Shown in pieces: positions 10,531-22,629 of a stretch of DNA of 64,000 nt. Position 1 is the first letter of the stretch, and every line of letters begins with the position of its first letter. This DNA comes from Neoechinorhynchus agilis (taxonomy: Eukaryota; Animalia; Acanthocephala), in assembly GCA_051530055.1 (NCBI GenBank), contig CM121343.1:1086389-1150388 (forward strand), in the 5' to 3' direction. The translations under genes were made by a program, and so were the position numbers. Below the pieces are notes generated by a model. The model ran no database searches and was not told the origin of the DNA. It worked only from the letters and a program-made list of their open reading frames with translations.

Positions 10531-10641
10531 AATAGGAAGATCGTCCAGGCTCTCGGAGCGCTACAGAGAAGCATGTGTAAAAAAGGTTAATGTTGTTGAC
10601 CTAATTGATAGCTCTCAGAGAACGACAGCGAAGCATGTGGT

Positions 10642-11806
10642 ATTGACAGCAGGACGGTGGCCGCAGAAGTAGGAATCCGCTAAGAAGTGTGTAAAAACTC
10701 ACCTGCCGAATCGACTGGCCCTGAAAATGGATGGCGCTGGAGACATATATCCATGCTTGACCGTCAATGCCAGACACAAATGTACAAATGGCTTGACGTG
10801 TAGAAGGGCGTATGCGGTGGTGTTGAAACTTGCACCGTGAGGTGGAGTGGAGCCGCCGCTAGTGCAGATCTTGGTGGTAGTAGCAAGTATTCAAATGAGA
10901 GCATTGAAGACTGAAGTGGAGAAAGGTTCCATGTGAACAACATTTGGACATGGATCAGCCGATCCTAAGAAAACGTGCAAATTCGTGATTAAGCGTGTTG
11001 CATTGCGCAATACAATCGAAAGGGAATCGTGTTAATATTCCCGAGCCAGAATGCGGTTTATGCTTGATCTATTCAGATGTTCTTCTTGGGCAGATGATGT
11101 TCAGCATAAGTGGTGACACGAGCAATCCCAGAGAATAACTATACGAAGTCTGGGGAAGAGTTTTCTCTTCTTTGTTAAGAACTTTATCCCTGGAATTAGA
11201 TCGTCTGTTGATAGGGTACACGTTCCATAATGCAGCGCAATTCCTGCGATGTACCGAGCGCTTCGTATTGTCCTTGAAAATCTGGGTGCGAGAATATTCA
11301 GACCGTACCTGTTCGTACTGATTTCCGCAGCAGGTCTCCAAGGTGAGTAGCCTCTAGTCGACAGGGAAACGTAGGCAAGGGAAGTCGGCAAATTAGATCC
11401 GTAACTTCGGAAAAAGGATTCGCTCTACAAGGTGAGCTGGCCGGGCTGTCGGGAGAAGCGGTATGTTGTCGACTCTTGGATCTGTCTCAGTTATTTGCTC
11501 TTGCGAAAGAGTCGATTTCGAGGACGGAACATGGTGCTGCGTACTGTGGGCAGCGATAGCTATGCTCCGCGTTTGTTCGACGTATCCAGACGGGTACGCT
11601 CGCTTCTTGCGCGGGGATCCGATCAGCGTTAAACAGCTGGCCTAGAACTGGTATGGACAAGGGGAATCCAACTGTTTAATTAAAACAAAGCATTGCGATA
11701 GCTGTAATCGGTGTTGACGCAATGTGATTTCTGTCCAGTGCTCTGAATGTTAAAGTGAAGAAATTAATTTAAGCGCGGGTAAACGGTGGACGTAACCATG
11801 ACTTCC
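10642..11806 (+). rRNA. 28S: 28S rRNA internal fragment (diverged, 5'-truncated)
   Basis: Conserved LSU blocks: gacagcaggacggtggcc, ccctgaaaatggatggcgct, agtgcagatcttggtggtagtagcaa, gggaagtcggcaaattagatccgtaacttcgg, gcgcgggtaaacgg. Confidence 0.95.
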
Positions 11807-14800
11807 TCGCAAAAATCTACCCTGAAAATCATCGACGAATATTCGGAGTCATTAGTGGCCCCGCGTCCATCGGTTGCTAAGCGCTCATCTTTAGATGACG
11901 CTCATCGTTCGGACCAACAGCAACAGCAACATCATCAAATGAACAAACAACCGAAAACCGAGTGCGGCCAAAGACCGAGCAGCAATAATCCAACAGGCAA
12001 AACAATAAGACTTCATTACCCGATCGACCAAATCAACATGCTTCTTTGCCCGGTATGGAGTCTTGGATGTGTTGGACAGTCCAAGTTCAAGCTGCTACTC
12101 GCACACCTACATGGGGCCCATGAATACGCGGAGGTGATTTGGGTATGTCCCATCTGTGACAGTTTCGGGCATCGCGAATCTCGGAGTGTTGGACTACATT
12201 TCCGACGATGCAAAGCAATCCAAATGGAAAAATTCAGAAACATGGTTTTGAGTTCTGCAAATCCTCATGCCAATGTCAATCCGGCACCATCCGCAATCAT
12301 TTTATACAAATCAGGAGAAGACGATCCAGCTGCTAGTCCGGCATGCGAACTTTCGCTCGTTGGAAAAGGACGTTATAACTCGCTTGTAGGCCATTTGGAG
12401 AACGTCCACAAATCAAATTCGATCACCTTTCAATGCCCAGCGTACGCTGTTCAATACGATACACTTCCAGCTATTCGTTCTCACGTTACACACTGCCAGT
12501 CCGTTTCCAAAGATAGGGACTTAAAATCTTCGTGCAAACCGGAGGAGTCAGAAAATTGCCTCAATTACAATCGCTACACCTCAGAAGCGTTCAACATAAT
12601 CTCTCGGAAACGACTGTCAGGGCTACCAGATCAAGGAGATAACCTATTACAAGACTCGCCTAAGAAGACACGCCGAACGGTTGACGATTCGATTGATTGT
12701 GTTCTGCAGGAAGTAAAGGTTTTTACCGAAAGCAGCGATGAAACAGATGTTATATCTTCTCACCTTTCTCCAAATACTGTGCACAATGACGCTCGGCGCA
12801 ATGGCGATGCATTAAACCCAGGAATTTACACAGTCAGACATGCTTCGACTCATATTCCAACCTCAACAATGATACCTACCTCAACTCAAACATCTACCTC
12901 AAGAATTTGTAAATCGAGTGATCGTGCAAACCTGCATCAGGTGCCTACACCCCATATTGGGGCATGTGCGTTTTCGGCACAAGAGGGACATGAATTTATC
13001 CTCAATTGTCTTCAACGACCGGATATTCATCCACGCTACCGCCTCTTTCTAAGCAATGAATCTCAAGTGCTACGTAATCAAACCGGTCCAATTAATCAGG
13101 AATTTATAGATTCAATGAGTGAGCGACATCAACTTAACTTAAAATGCGGGCGACAAGGGTCTCTCGAATGCCCAGCAATGTCCCGTGCGCGCAGTCTCGG
13201 CCTAAAAATTGTAAAGTTGAAGAAAAATTCAACCATGGCACTGGCGACCGCCGCCTTTCACGTTCACAGAAACTCTACACAGTGGAGGAGAGTAAAGGAT
13301 CGACTCTTGGATTCTGTTTTACGTGAACGTCAATATTTTGAGCATGTTGTTAAAATGCTCCCGGACGCAAATCTCGCGCTAAATGACATACTGGATTCCC
13401 TCAAAAACGACAACGAACTGTCAGTTTACTTCATCATTTCGGCCGCAGCGACTGCCTATCAATGTGACTTTGTAATTTATACTCCAAACGATGATGTCCC
13501 AATTCGAATCCGATCTCGAACGGTCTCAAATTCATCATTTAACGTATGGATCGACGATTCTGAAACCTATCCTTGCGAGCGTTCTCGAGGTCTGAACTCG
13601 AAGCAGTCAAATGATGTTGTCAAAAGGCGATACCGCGCTCTTTATTTCAATAATACAAGTCGACTTGCCAACTTGATATTTAAGTCGGACGAAAACCGCC
13701 AGCCTACTATCCCACAATCGGACTGTGTAAAACACTTACGCTCACTATTCGAGGATTCCAAAGTTACAACTCGTATCTCCCATGTCAATTCTGGTCCGCG
13801 TGATCTACTTTCGTTGCAGGAATTATGGCCAGCTGTAACCGTAGACGAATTACAAGCTGCGATCCGCGGCATAAAGTCAAGCAGTTCCGTCGGTCCTGAT
13901 AAGATAACACTTCGTGAAATTCGTGCGTTCGACAAGCACCTTGTGGGGGCTTACAATCCTGGTCAACTCCGTCATACAAGTTGGCTATCCACCAAAGTCC
14001 TGGCTAGAAAACAAGACCATTTTGCTTCCGAAAAATGGGATGAAAAATGAATCTTTGAATTCGATGTCCGGCTGGAGACCGATCACAATATCATCTATTC
14101 TACTTCGTGTTGTGCATCGGGTTATGCTGGAAAGATTAAGGAAGTGCTGCAGTTTGCACGATAGCCAGACGGCGTTTGACAGCACAGCGTGCAATTCAAA
14201 TCTCCTCATTTTGAGGGATTTGATGAAAAAGAAGAGGTTAGATAGGAAGCAAATTGCATTGGCAGTTTTTGACATCAAATCTGCCTTCGACTCCGTAAGC
14301 CATGAAACAATACACAATGCACTAGTTGCGCACAACTGCCCAATATACATGCGGCGGTATCTGATGGAGGTGTTTAGTACTTCATACACCCGGCTCCACC
14401 TCCCTAGTTCAAGACCATCGGACCCAATTAAGTTTCATCGATGCGTGAAACAGGGAGACCCACTTTCGCCATTCGTTTTTGCACTTTGCATTGACGATGT
14501 CCTGCGACAGGTTGACGAACTAGGGTTGGGGTGCTCAACCAGAAGCGGTCGCTTAAGCCAGCTAGTGTATGCAGATGATATTCTCTTAATTGCCGAAAGT
14601 ATGAGGGATCTGCAACAAATGATTGACATCATGAACGAGGGACTTTCTAAGAAAGGACTGAATTTATCGCCTAACAAATGCAGGACTTACCACCAACGCT
14701 TTGTTTATAACAAGCTGGTCGTCGAGGGAGAACCAACCGCTTACATTGGAGAAGCGAAACTTACTACAATAATAGACGGAGACCCGATTAAATATCTGGG

Positions 14801-16184
14801 CGGTACATCATGGAAGCCCACCAATATTGAAGAGATGTCCGCGGAACTCTCAAGACTTTTTGATGAAACAAAGGCGGCTGGCCTAAGTCCGACACAAGCA
14901 GCTCACATGATAAATGATTATGGACTCCCGAGCCTCGTATCAAGATTACAAGCGGCACATGACATTTCGTCAACCTCCTTAAACAAGATTGAACAACTTT
15001 GGAGGACGAAACTAAAGAAGCTCTTATTTTTGCCCCATTTTTTAAATGATGGAGTATTATTCTTACCACTATGCAAGGGTGGACTTGGCTTCTCGTCCAT
15101 TAAACACTCTGTTATGAGTTCAAGAATAAAGACTTATCTTGCAGCAAAATCGCACTATTATGACATGGATGAAGATCAGCGTATCTATAAAAATCTCGAG
15201 GAATATCTCGTCAGCATCGCTGGATCATCGGCCGACTTCACAGTCGAAAACATGAGGAATGCGTATACAAAATACCTGGAAAAAAAGGTGGGAAGAAGCG
15301 TCTACCCAATCTCTTGGAATAAACGCGTTTACAGGAGGGCATTTTGATCATACGGCGTTAAGCTTTCGATACCGTCAGGACAACAATCACAATTATACAA
15401 TGCGGGTAAAAATGCGGTATCAACTGCTAGAGGTAGCATCAAATCTTTCAAGAATGGACCATGCCCGAAGTAAGTAGTGCAGGCATTGTACGGCGCCAGC
15501 AGACACAACTACATGTCCTAAATCTCTGCCCGAAAAGCACAACCAAAATGGTAGAGCGTCATGATGCGGTTCAAGAACGCTTTACATGGGCTCTACAGAA
15601 GCGATGGGGCTCTCGGTGGGAGATTCACACCGAGAACCGTATACAAGATAAGCAAGGTCAACTCTACAAACCAGATCTCATTCTCATCGACCGACATCAG
15701 AAGAAAGCAAACATAATCGATTTTGCAGTTTATTACGAAACGACAAACGAGCGAGGAGAGAATATCATGGCCGAGAAGGAAAACAAGTACAGTGTAATAG
15801 TCGAGAACGTAGCTGCCAAATACAATTTAAGAAAACATGATGTTAAAACTATTGGGTTGGCAGTTGGGGCAAGAGGAACCTACTCAGCAGCACTATTAAG
15901 AAGATTACGAGAGTTTAATTTATCCAAAAATACCGCCCTGAACATGGCAAAAACAGCAGCGGAGCAGTACATTAAAGTCTACAACAATTTTATGGGACAC
16001 ACCTTCTTGCTTCGATACCCGAAAACAATTTACAATTGAATTATTGAATTATTAAATCAATTCAAGAGCAACACAAAAATAGATAAGCAAACAAGCAAAT
16101 AACAAAATCAAGCCAAAGATGACAAGCAGATTAGAAGATTTAATGTATAAACATTTATATGATAAAATCTAATAAATGCGAATT
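11807..16184 (+). mobile_element. R2-like site-specific non-LTR retrotransposon (ZFs, RT, CCHC, RLE) with frameshifts
   Basis: RT motifs WRPITISS, AVFDIKSAFDSV, KQGDPLSP and YADD, and RLE motif KPDLILID..IIDF..KENKY. The 3' end abuts TAGCCAAATGCCTCGTCATC, the canonical R2 site. Frame breaks at about 13950, 15285 and 15480-15500. Confidence 0.93.
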
Positions 16185-16275
16185 TAGCCAAATGCCTCGT
16201 CATCTAATTAGAGACGTTTTGAATCGAAAAAACTTACAAACGCGCGGGTAAACGGTGGACGTAACAATGACTTTC
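16185..16275 (+). rRNA. 28S: Short downstream 28S flank followed by a second degenerate copy of the upstream target sequence
   Basis: tagccaaatgcctcgtcatctaattagagacg, then cgcgcgggtaaacggtggacgtaacaatgact. Confidence 0.85.
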
Positions 16276-16629
16276 TTTATTTCCGACAAAGACAAAGATT
16301 CCCCAGGACCCAAAGAAACCATTGAAACAAAAGAAAGCTCATCAGTTCACCCCAAAGTCGAGAGTTAACCCCACATCGACCGGAAGCGAAGCGCATTTTT
16401 CAGATGGCGCTTTTCCCGATGATATGGAAGCCGAAAGGCGTTTGAGTGCGACAATAGCAACAACATCATCACATATTTCAACTTCCGATCGCCCAAACTT
16501 GTCCAATGAACTCACTTCGCCGGTGCAAAGCGGTCAAGGTGGATTTATACGGAAACTTACTAGCAAACCGCAAGAAGGATGTCGTACTTGAGCAAACAAT
16601 TTCTATCGTTCAGATCGTGTATTGCACGT

Positions 16630-17130
16630 TCATTGAGGCTCCTAGGTACAATCACGGGTCATCGGTAAAAAGGTCAAAAAACCACCAGCCCCAAAATCGC
16701 TCAATTCATCAGCGAACAAAACAGAGCGATGCGCGGAATGTACAAGCAGCAATAAGAAACAGACGGCGATTTGCAATGTACGAAAAACGGAAGAAATATA
16801 GTCCGTGAAATTATTTGGCGCACGTTTAAATTTTTATCATCATTTTTTAATCGAAATAATTTGTGACATGCTCGAAGTCTTTAAGTTATCATGGATTTTA
16901 TTCTTTTTAAGGCATTATATGAAAAATATTCATTATTGATTTAAAGTGCAGTTTTAAATTTCTCCGAATGAAAATTATAATCGATTTGTAAAGCTGGCAG
17001 CATGTAAAATATGTTTTAAACCAGATGGAACGATTGATGAAAAAGGATTTAGTTTCAAAAAATTTGCAAGCTAACTCTGCAGCGGAGGATGACAAACGGA
17101 CACCTTATCTTAAAAAGGTTCACTTAATCC
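16630..17130 (+). repeat. Diverged copy of repeat family A
   Basis: Aligns by eye with 46890-47400. Confidence 0.65.
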
Positions 17131-17585
17131 CGGAGTAGAGAATGCAAATACCCAATTTTACGCATGTCCCTGCACTAAAAATAGGCTTAAGTGGCTTCTC
17201 AAATCTAACATCGATTTTATAGCTGGAGATTCTTATGATCCCTCACTTAAATCGATTAAATCAATAGTTAACGCAGTAAGAAATCTCGACTTTACGATAC
17301 CACCGGCTCCCTCTTTTTATTTGGTCAGAAACAACACTAATTCATTCTTAGATCTCTTCGTAAATAAGAGGAGTATTAATTTCTTATTTCGAGTCAAGTC
17401 AAGTATTTTTGTTTGACTTTGCTAGACACGACGTTGCACTATGATCCTGCCTACCCAATGACTCATTGCGTATAAGCAAACCTGAACGCGCTCTCTTTCG
17501 TTTATATATAAACACGTTTTATTAATTTAAGAACGATCCATACACTTGCCAGCTCCAACGTCGTAAACACTTGCAAACATTGTAG

Positions 17586-17632
17586 ATCTGACTGAAGAAG
17601 GCCAACGAAAAGGCCGAAAATTTTCAATATAA
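17586..17632 (+). ncRNA. Minimal type I hammerhead-like motif (Penelope-type), stem I imperfect
   Basis: CTGAAGA-A-GGCC..GGCC-GAAA-ATTT-TC with self-complementary gaaaattttc. Confidence 0.5.
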
Positions 17633-17719
17633 ATCAATTTTCTGAGTGAATATCGCTAAGTGAAATTGAAACAATAATGATTAATTTCTTTACAACTTGC
17701 CAGCATCTATCTTTTCTGA

Positions 17720-18420
17720 AGGTGTCTGGATGTCGGATGTTTAGGCAGGGAGGTGGGACTTGTCTTTGAAGGAGTTTTACAGGAGAATGACGGATTGGGA
17801 GTCTTTCCTTGTTCTCCGGTTATTAAGGAAAGATTGGGCTTGAGGGAGGAAAGATTTTTGGTAGAGGGTGGTACGAGCGAGGGGGGATGAAAAAGGTTGG
17901 GGTTACGGGTGTTTACGAAAGAAGAGTATTTAGAGATGAAAGAAGAAAATTGTGTAGGGGTTGAAGAAGACGGAGGGCGTTTTTGGAGAAAATGGAGTGG
18001 AGGTGGGCGTCGAGGGGAGGGAGTGAAGTCCCGTAAATTCTCGCTGCTCCCTTGTGGAAGGTTTTGAGGGAATGGAGAGCATTGGTGGAAAGGGCGACGA
18101 AAGTGAGGTAGGCGTATGTAACGATAGGGAGGATGACAGAGAGATAAAAGTCTGCAAGGTGTTTAGGGGAAACGCCGAGACGCCGGAGGAGTTTGAGAAG
18201 GTAAAGACTAGGGTTTACTTTTGATAGGGTAAATGAAATGTGGGCATTCCATTTAAGGTTTTCTTGGAAAGTCAGGCCCAGTATTCGGAGAGAAGAGGAG
18301 CGTTGGATGGGTAGAGGGAGAGGCGCGGGGATAAGATTGCGTTTGGAAATGTGGAGGAGAAGCTCAAAAGATTTGGATAAATTTAGGGAGAGGTTTAGGG
18401 CGGAGAGCTAGGAAATGAGA
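17720..18420 (-). mobile_element. CR1/L2-group LINE 3' fragment
   Basis: Translates in pieces to LRILGLTFQENLKWNAHI..SLYLLKLLRRLGVP..VILPIVTYA, a post-RT region. Confidence 0.7.
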
Positions 18421-18429
18421 TGGTTGAGC

Positions 18430-19720
18430 TCGTCCATGGTTGTGGAGAGGGAGAGAGAGGGAGATGCGATGGTAATGACTGTGAGTGAGAGGATGCACTG
18501 TGCCTTCAATTGTTTCGAAATATGTTTGATACAAAAATCGGAATGTCATCAATATGACTATATTTTTCCACAGTGCAACCTATGCTGTAGCTGGGGGAAC
18601 ATTGGACTCAGCAATGCCCTAACTCGGTTACTTCCAAATGTCATTTTTGCACGGAGACAGTATATTCATCCCAGAACTGTCCGAACAAATCAATCAAGCG
18701 ATGCGCCAACTGCAACGGTAAACATTCCGTTTTTCTACAAAGGATGCTCTGAATTCAAGAAGTATTTGTCATGGGCTCAAAAAAGACAGACTAATGCTAC
18801 ATCACGCACTCGGTTCGTGCATCAACCGGCTGCCTCAGCGATTCCCGCTTCCTTCTCTCAAACAGCCTCTTTCTGAAGAGATTCTACCTCTTAGAGCTTG
18901 AGCGCCAATGTCTCTCAAGACATGGTCTCATCACAACTGGTGACCTCGGAACATTTGGAACACCGTTTGGAGGAGGTCTGCAACAAACTTCTTACTGTTA
19001 TGCAGGCGCGTTTCACCGAGGCTATCACTACTTTTGAGAGGAAGATGTGCACTCTCATTGGCAATCTAGTAAATATCCCAGATATAATTTCTTCCAATTT
19101 CTCCAAACAATGCGATTCGAAGCTCTGGAGGGTTAATACGTCTGATACGAACTCACGAGTTTTTAAGAAATCCAATACTGGTTCTATTGTAGTTCGTTCT
19201 GATAGCTAGGACTCTTTAATGGATGTAGAAGAAAATGACCCTGAATTTGTCACCAGGATCATCAACACTCAAACTTCGCTTTGGAACAGCGACTCTTATC
19301 AGATGCAGCCGCTAGAAAATTATGATAATTCGAAGGTTCAGGTAATGGTCGGGGACTTCCGGGTGTTACAGTGAAACTGTGGTGGGGGCAACTAATCTTG
19401 CTAAGCTAGCTCGCTTCTTACCAGATATTTCTATCATCTTTCTGCAGGAAACGAAAAGTATTTATACCCTGGACCAACTATATAACTTTCAACCTCAGTT
19501 GAACTGTTTAGAATTCACCTCTTTCATTAGTACTCCATTAACTTCGCTAACTCCCACACTAATGTCTTCTTTCACATCACCGGAAATGTCTTATGCCCTT
19601 TTCAAGCTCGTAGTGAATCGAAAATTTCTTATCGGGTTTCATCCATCGGATGTTCGTTTAAAAAAAGTTAAATGGCTCCTCGTGGCTAATATTGATTTTA
19701 TTGTGGGAGAGATACTTTAT
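18430..19720 (+). mobile_element. Decayed LINE 5' part (ORF1 CCHC knuckles and start of APE)
   Basis: CNLCCSWG and CANCNGKH knuckle remnants, and the FLQETK APE motif. Confidence 0.6.
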
Positions 19721-19759
19721 CGTCGTATTTCGATCGCGGTGGCATGGTTTTAAGATACG

Positions 19760-22480
19760 CTTTTCCATTTTCAGTGATCCAGAAAGGTAGTGAGGATGAT
19801 AGAGGTACTCGTCATTCGAACGTAAATATTCGTTGATGAGGGGTCGCATTCGTACTCGTGCACAGCAAGGATTGTATTCTGGAAACGGCTTCGGGAAGGA
19901 CATCGGACTATCGATTTGACGGTAGATTCTTGTCGGCGAGCATGAGTTAAATTGTCCTCCAGATTGTCCCGTTAGTTCTCTCACACTGCCCGTTTCCCTG
20001 TGGATGAAATGCTGTTGTATTGTTGATACAGATTCTTAAGCTGTTTAGCCAAGGACGTACGCTTAGAGATACGAATGAAGCTCCTTTGTCCGAGTGAACA
20101 TAAGCAGGGCAGCCGAAAATGGCGAATATTTGCCGTAAACATAATTTAACAGTTTCGGCAGAACAGTCTCTGGTAGCGAAAGCAATCGGGAACCGTTAGA
20201 ATTCGTCCACAGCAACGAAAAGATAAGCCATTCCATTTGTAGTTGAGGGCAAAGGCCCCTTAAAATCGACGGATAAACGTTCGAAAGGTTTTTTATTTAT
20301 TTATTTATTTATTTATTAACGCTGAATCTATTTGGTTACTTTTCTTTACATTCACCACCTCCCACCAAATTCCAGCTTTTGTCCTTCCTCGACCGTCGCC
20401 ATCACGCTGGCAGCATTGCCCCGTTGTACTGCCAGCGAGATATTTTGTCGAAGAAATAAGCCTGCTCTTGAGTCTCCGGTTGCCTCTCTCAATTTCTTCG
20501 GTTGCCTTAATAAGGCGAAGATTGTTAGATTTAAAGAATCTTGGTTTTATACGGCAACACGTTTGACATTCGGAACATATTTGTCGTATTTCAACGATCG
20601 TATACGGAAGGTTGTTTTCCTTGATAAAGTGTGAGAATCTGGTGACTCCGGAGTGGCCAAGATCTGAGTGTATTTGAAGATGTCTATTTCGAATAGTCAT
20701 GGGAGCGCAAGCATCACGAGACATGACGTCAGCTGAGCAATTCTCCTTACCTGGACGATACTTTATCGTATATGAGAATCCCGATAGTTCCAGGAGCCAT
20801 CGTAGTATCCTTTTGTTTCTGATTTTCTTCGAGTGTTTCTGGTTCATCAAGAACGACACCGTTTGCTGGTCGGTAATAATGACGAACTTTTTTATGGCCA
20901 AGAAACAGCGCCAAAATTTAACTGCTTCATATAGTGCATAGGCTTCTATTCAACGATGTGGTAATTCTTTTCTGATTTGTTGAGAATTCTCGAGAAAAAA
21001 GCAACGGGCTTGCAGTCTTGCAAAAGAGTGGCACCAATCGCGTTCGTCGATGCATCGGTGTCCAGCGTGAATTCTTTGTCCTCGTCGATATTGATCAGTA
21101 CAGACGATCTTGCGGCTTCCTTCAATCGAACGATCGCCTTGATGGCATCGTCCTCAAGAGGGAAGTGTATAACGTGCGTTAAAGGAGCGATTTCGGTGGA
21201 ATATTGCGGTATCCAGCGACTATAATAGGCAAACAAGCCTGAAAGTCGCTTGAGTGCTTCTTTGTTATTAGGGATAGGCAGATCCATCAGTGGTTTTAAG
21301 CGATTCGGGTCGGGTCTCAACTGACCATGCCCGATCTTATATCCGAGTACAGATATCTTTTCCATTCCAAATCTGCTTTTTTTGTTGTTAAGTTTAAGAC
21401 CGGTCGTTGCTGCTACTTGTTTGAATCGTTCAAGATTAATCTCATGTTCCATTTTCGTTTTCCGCAAACAATTATGTCATCCAGATATGAATAGGTCTCC
21501 TTCAAGTCATTGGAATCAATGAGGTAATTCACGAACTTCTGAAATGCAGCCACACCGTTGGTGACTCCCATCGAAATTCTTGTGAACCTATACAACTGAC
21601 CGCAAGCCCCAAAAGCGGTATAGCTTCGTTCATCAGGTGAAATAGGCACCTGGTAATACGCCTCTTGAAGATCAATTTGACTGAAATACCCGTTAGCTGC
21701 AATTCTGTTGACCGTTTGATCGATTTTTGGAAGCGGGTACGCATCGAGGAATGTGAATCGGTTTATTGTTTGGGAGAAATCAACCACGAGTCTCCTCTTT
21801 CCACAGCCTTTTCTGGCAACGAGTACTTGAGCACGCCATGGCAAATTCGCGCTTTCTATTATCTCTTGTTTAAGCATTCGTTGGATTTCAGAGCGAATGA
21901 ATTGTTCGTCGGATTGACAATGGTCTCTGGATTTTGTAGCGATTGGCATACATTTACTGCTTAGATTGGTGAAGAGCGATGGAACATATCTAGGACCATT
22001 GATGGCTGATGCTCGTATTTCCGGAGGTTTTCCGTTTCCTTTCATGAAAATTCGGAATTCCTTGTGTAGTGTCAGAAATATGAGTCCGAGGATAACGTTA
22101 GTGCAAAGATCATGCAGCAAAAAAGTTCTACTTTTTCGTAGACTTCCTTTCCATGCAGAAGATCGACTTCGCATTTGCCGGTTATTTGATTTGCTTTGTT
22201 TCCTGTTGCCAAAGTGACAGTGAGCCGGGTAACTTCGATTCTAGCGTTGATGTTTCTAGCGACCGATTCGTCGATAAAGTTCAAAGAGCTTCCGGTATCC
22301 AATAGCGCAGAAAGCTCTTTTCCTTTGACTTTAATAAGTTGGACGAGAGGCTGGTAAACGTACAGAGGAAAGGCTGGTTTTCTTGTCGAGGTCCACCAAT
22401 CGATATGCACGCGTGGTGAATGGAGTACAACTAGAAAACAGAGCGCGTTGGTTTTTGTGTTGAACTACAATAACATGTTT
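19760..22480 (-). mobile_element. Decayed Ty3/Gypsy pol (PR-RT-RH-IN); LTRs not identified
   Basis: ALLDTGSS; RRLVVDFS..YLDD; LDTDAS..PVAFFSR; integrase H..GH..C..C; and SVDFKGPLP..HSDKG..FHPQGNGQCER at about 19960-20290. Confidence 0.9.
20293..20500 (-). mobile_element. Short retroposed insert with (TAAA)n tail inside the Gypsy integrase
   Basis: It separates IKAT from PFERLSVDF and ends in a taaa microsatellite plus an A-run. Confidence 0.65.
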
Positions 22481-22629
22481 TTATTACCACACACCCAAAC
22501 AAGCACGGGAACCATGTATCTTTGGATTCGTGCTGTTTGATTGAGACTGAATTCGAAAAGAGTTGCAAGTCGTCGCATGTGCATGAGCCTTTGCTCCGAT
22601 TCAGGCCGCAGACTCATGGGTTGATTGTG

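Noticed and set aside
6864-10641. Assigning a specific virus family to the orphan block
   Set aside because: No RdRp or glycoprotein is present and no gene-junction consensus was found, so a family call would be unsupported.
11069-11645. ORFs overlapping the 28S fragment
   Set aside because: Chance frames within rRNA sequence.
13914-15500. Programmed frameshifting in the R2-like ORF
   Set aside because: Two breaks fall in G and A homopolymer runs and there is also an in-frame stop. Decay or sequencing error is simpler.
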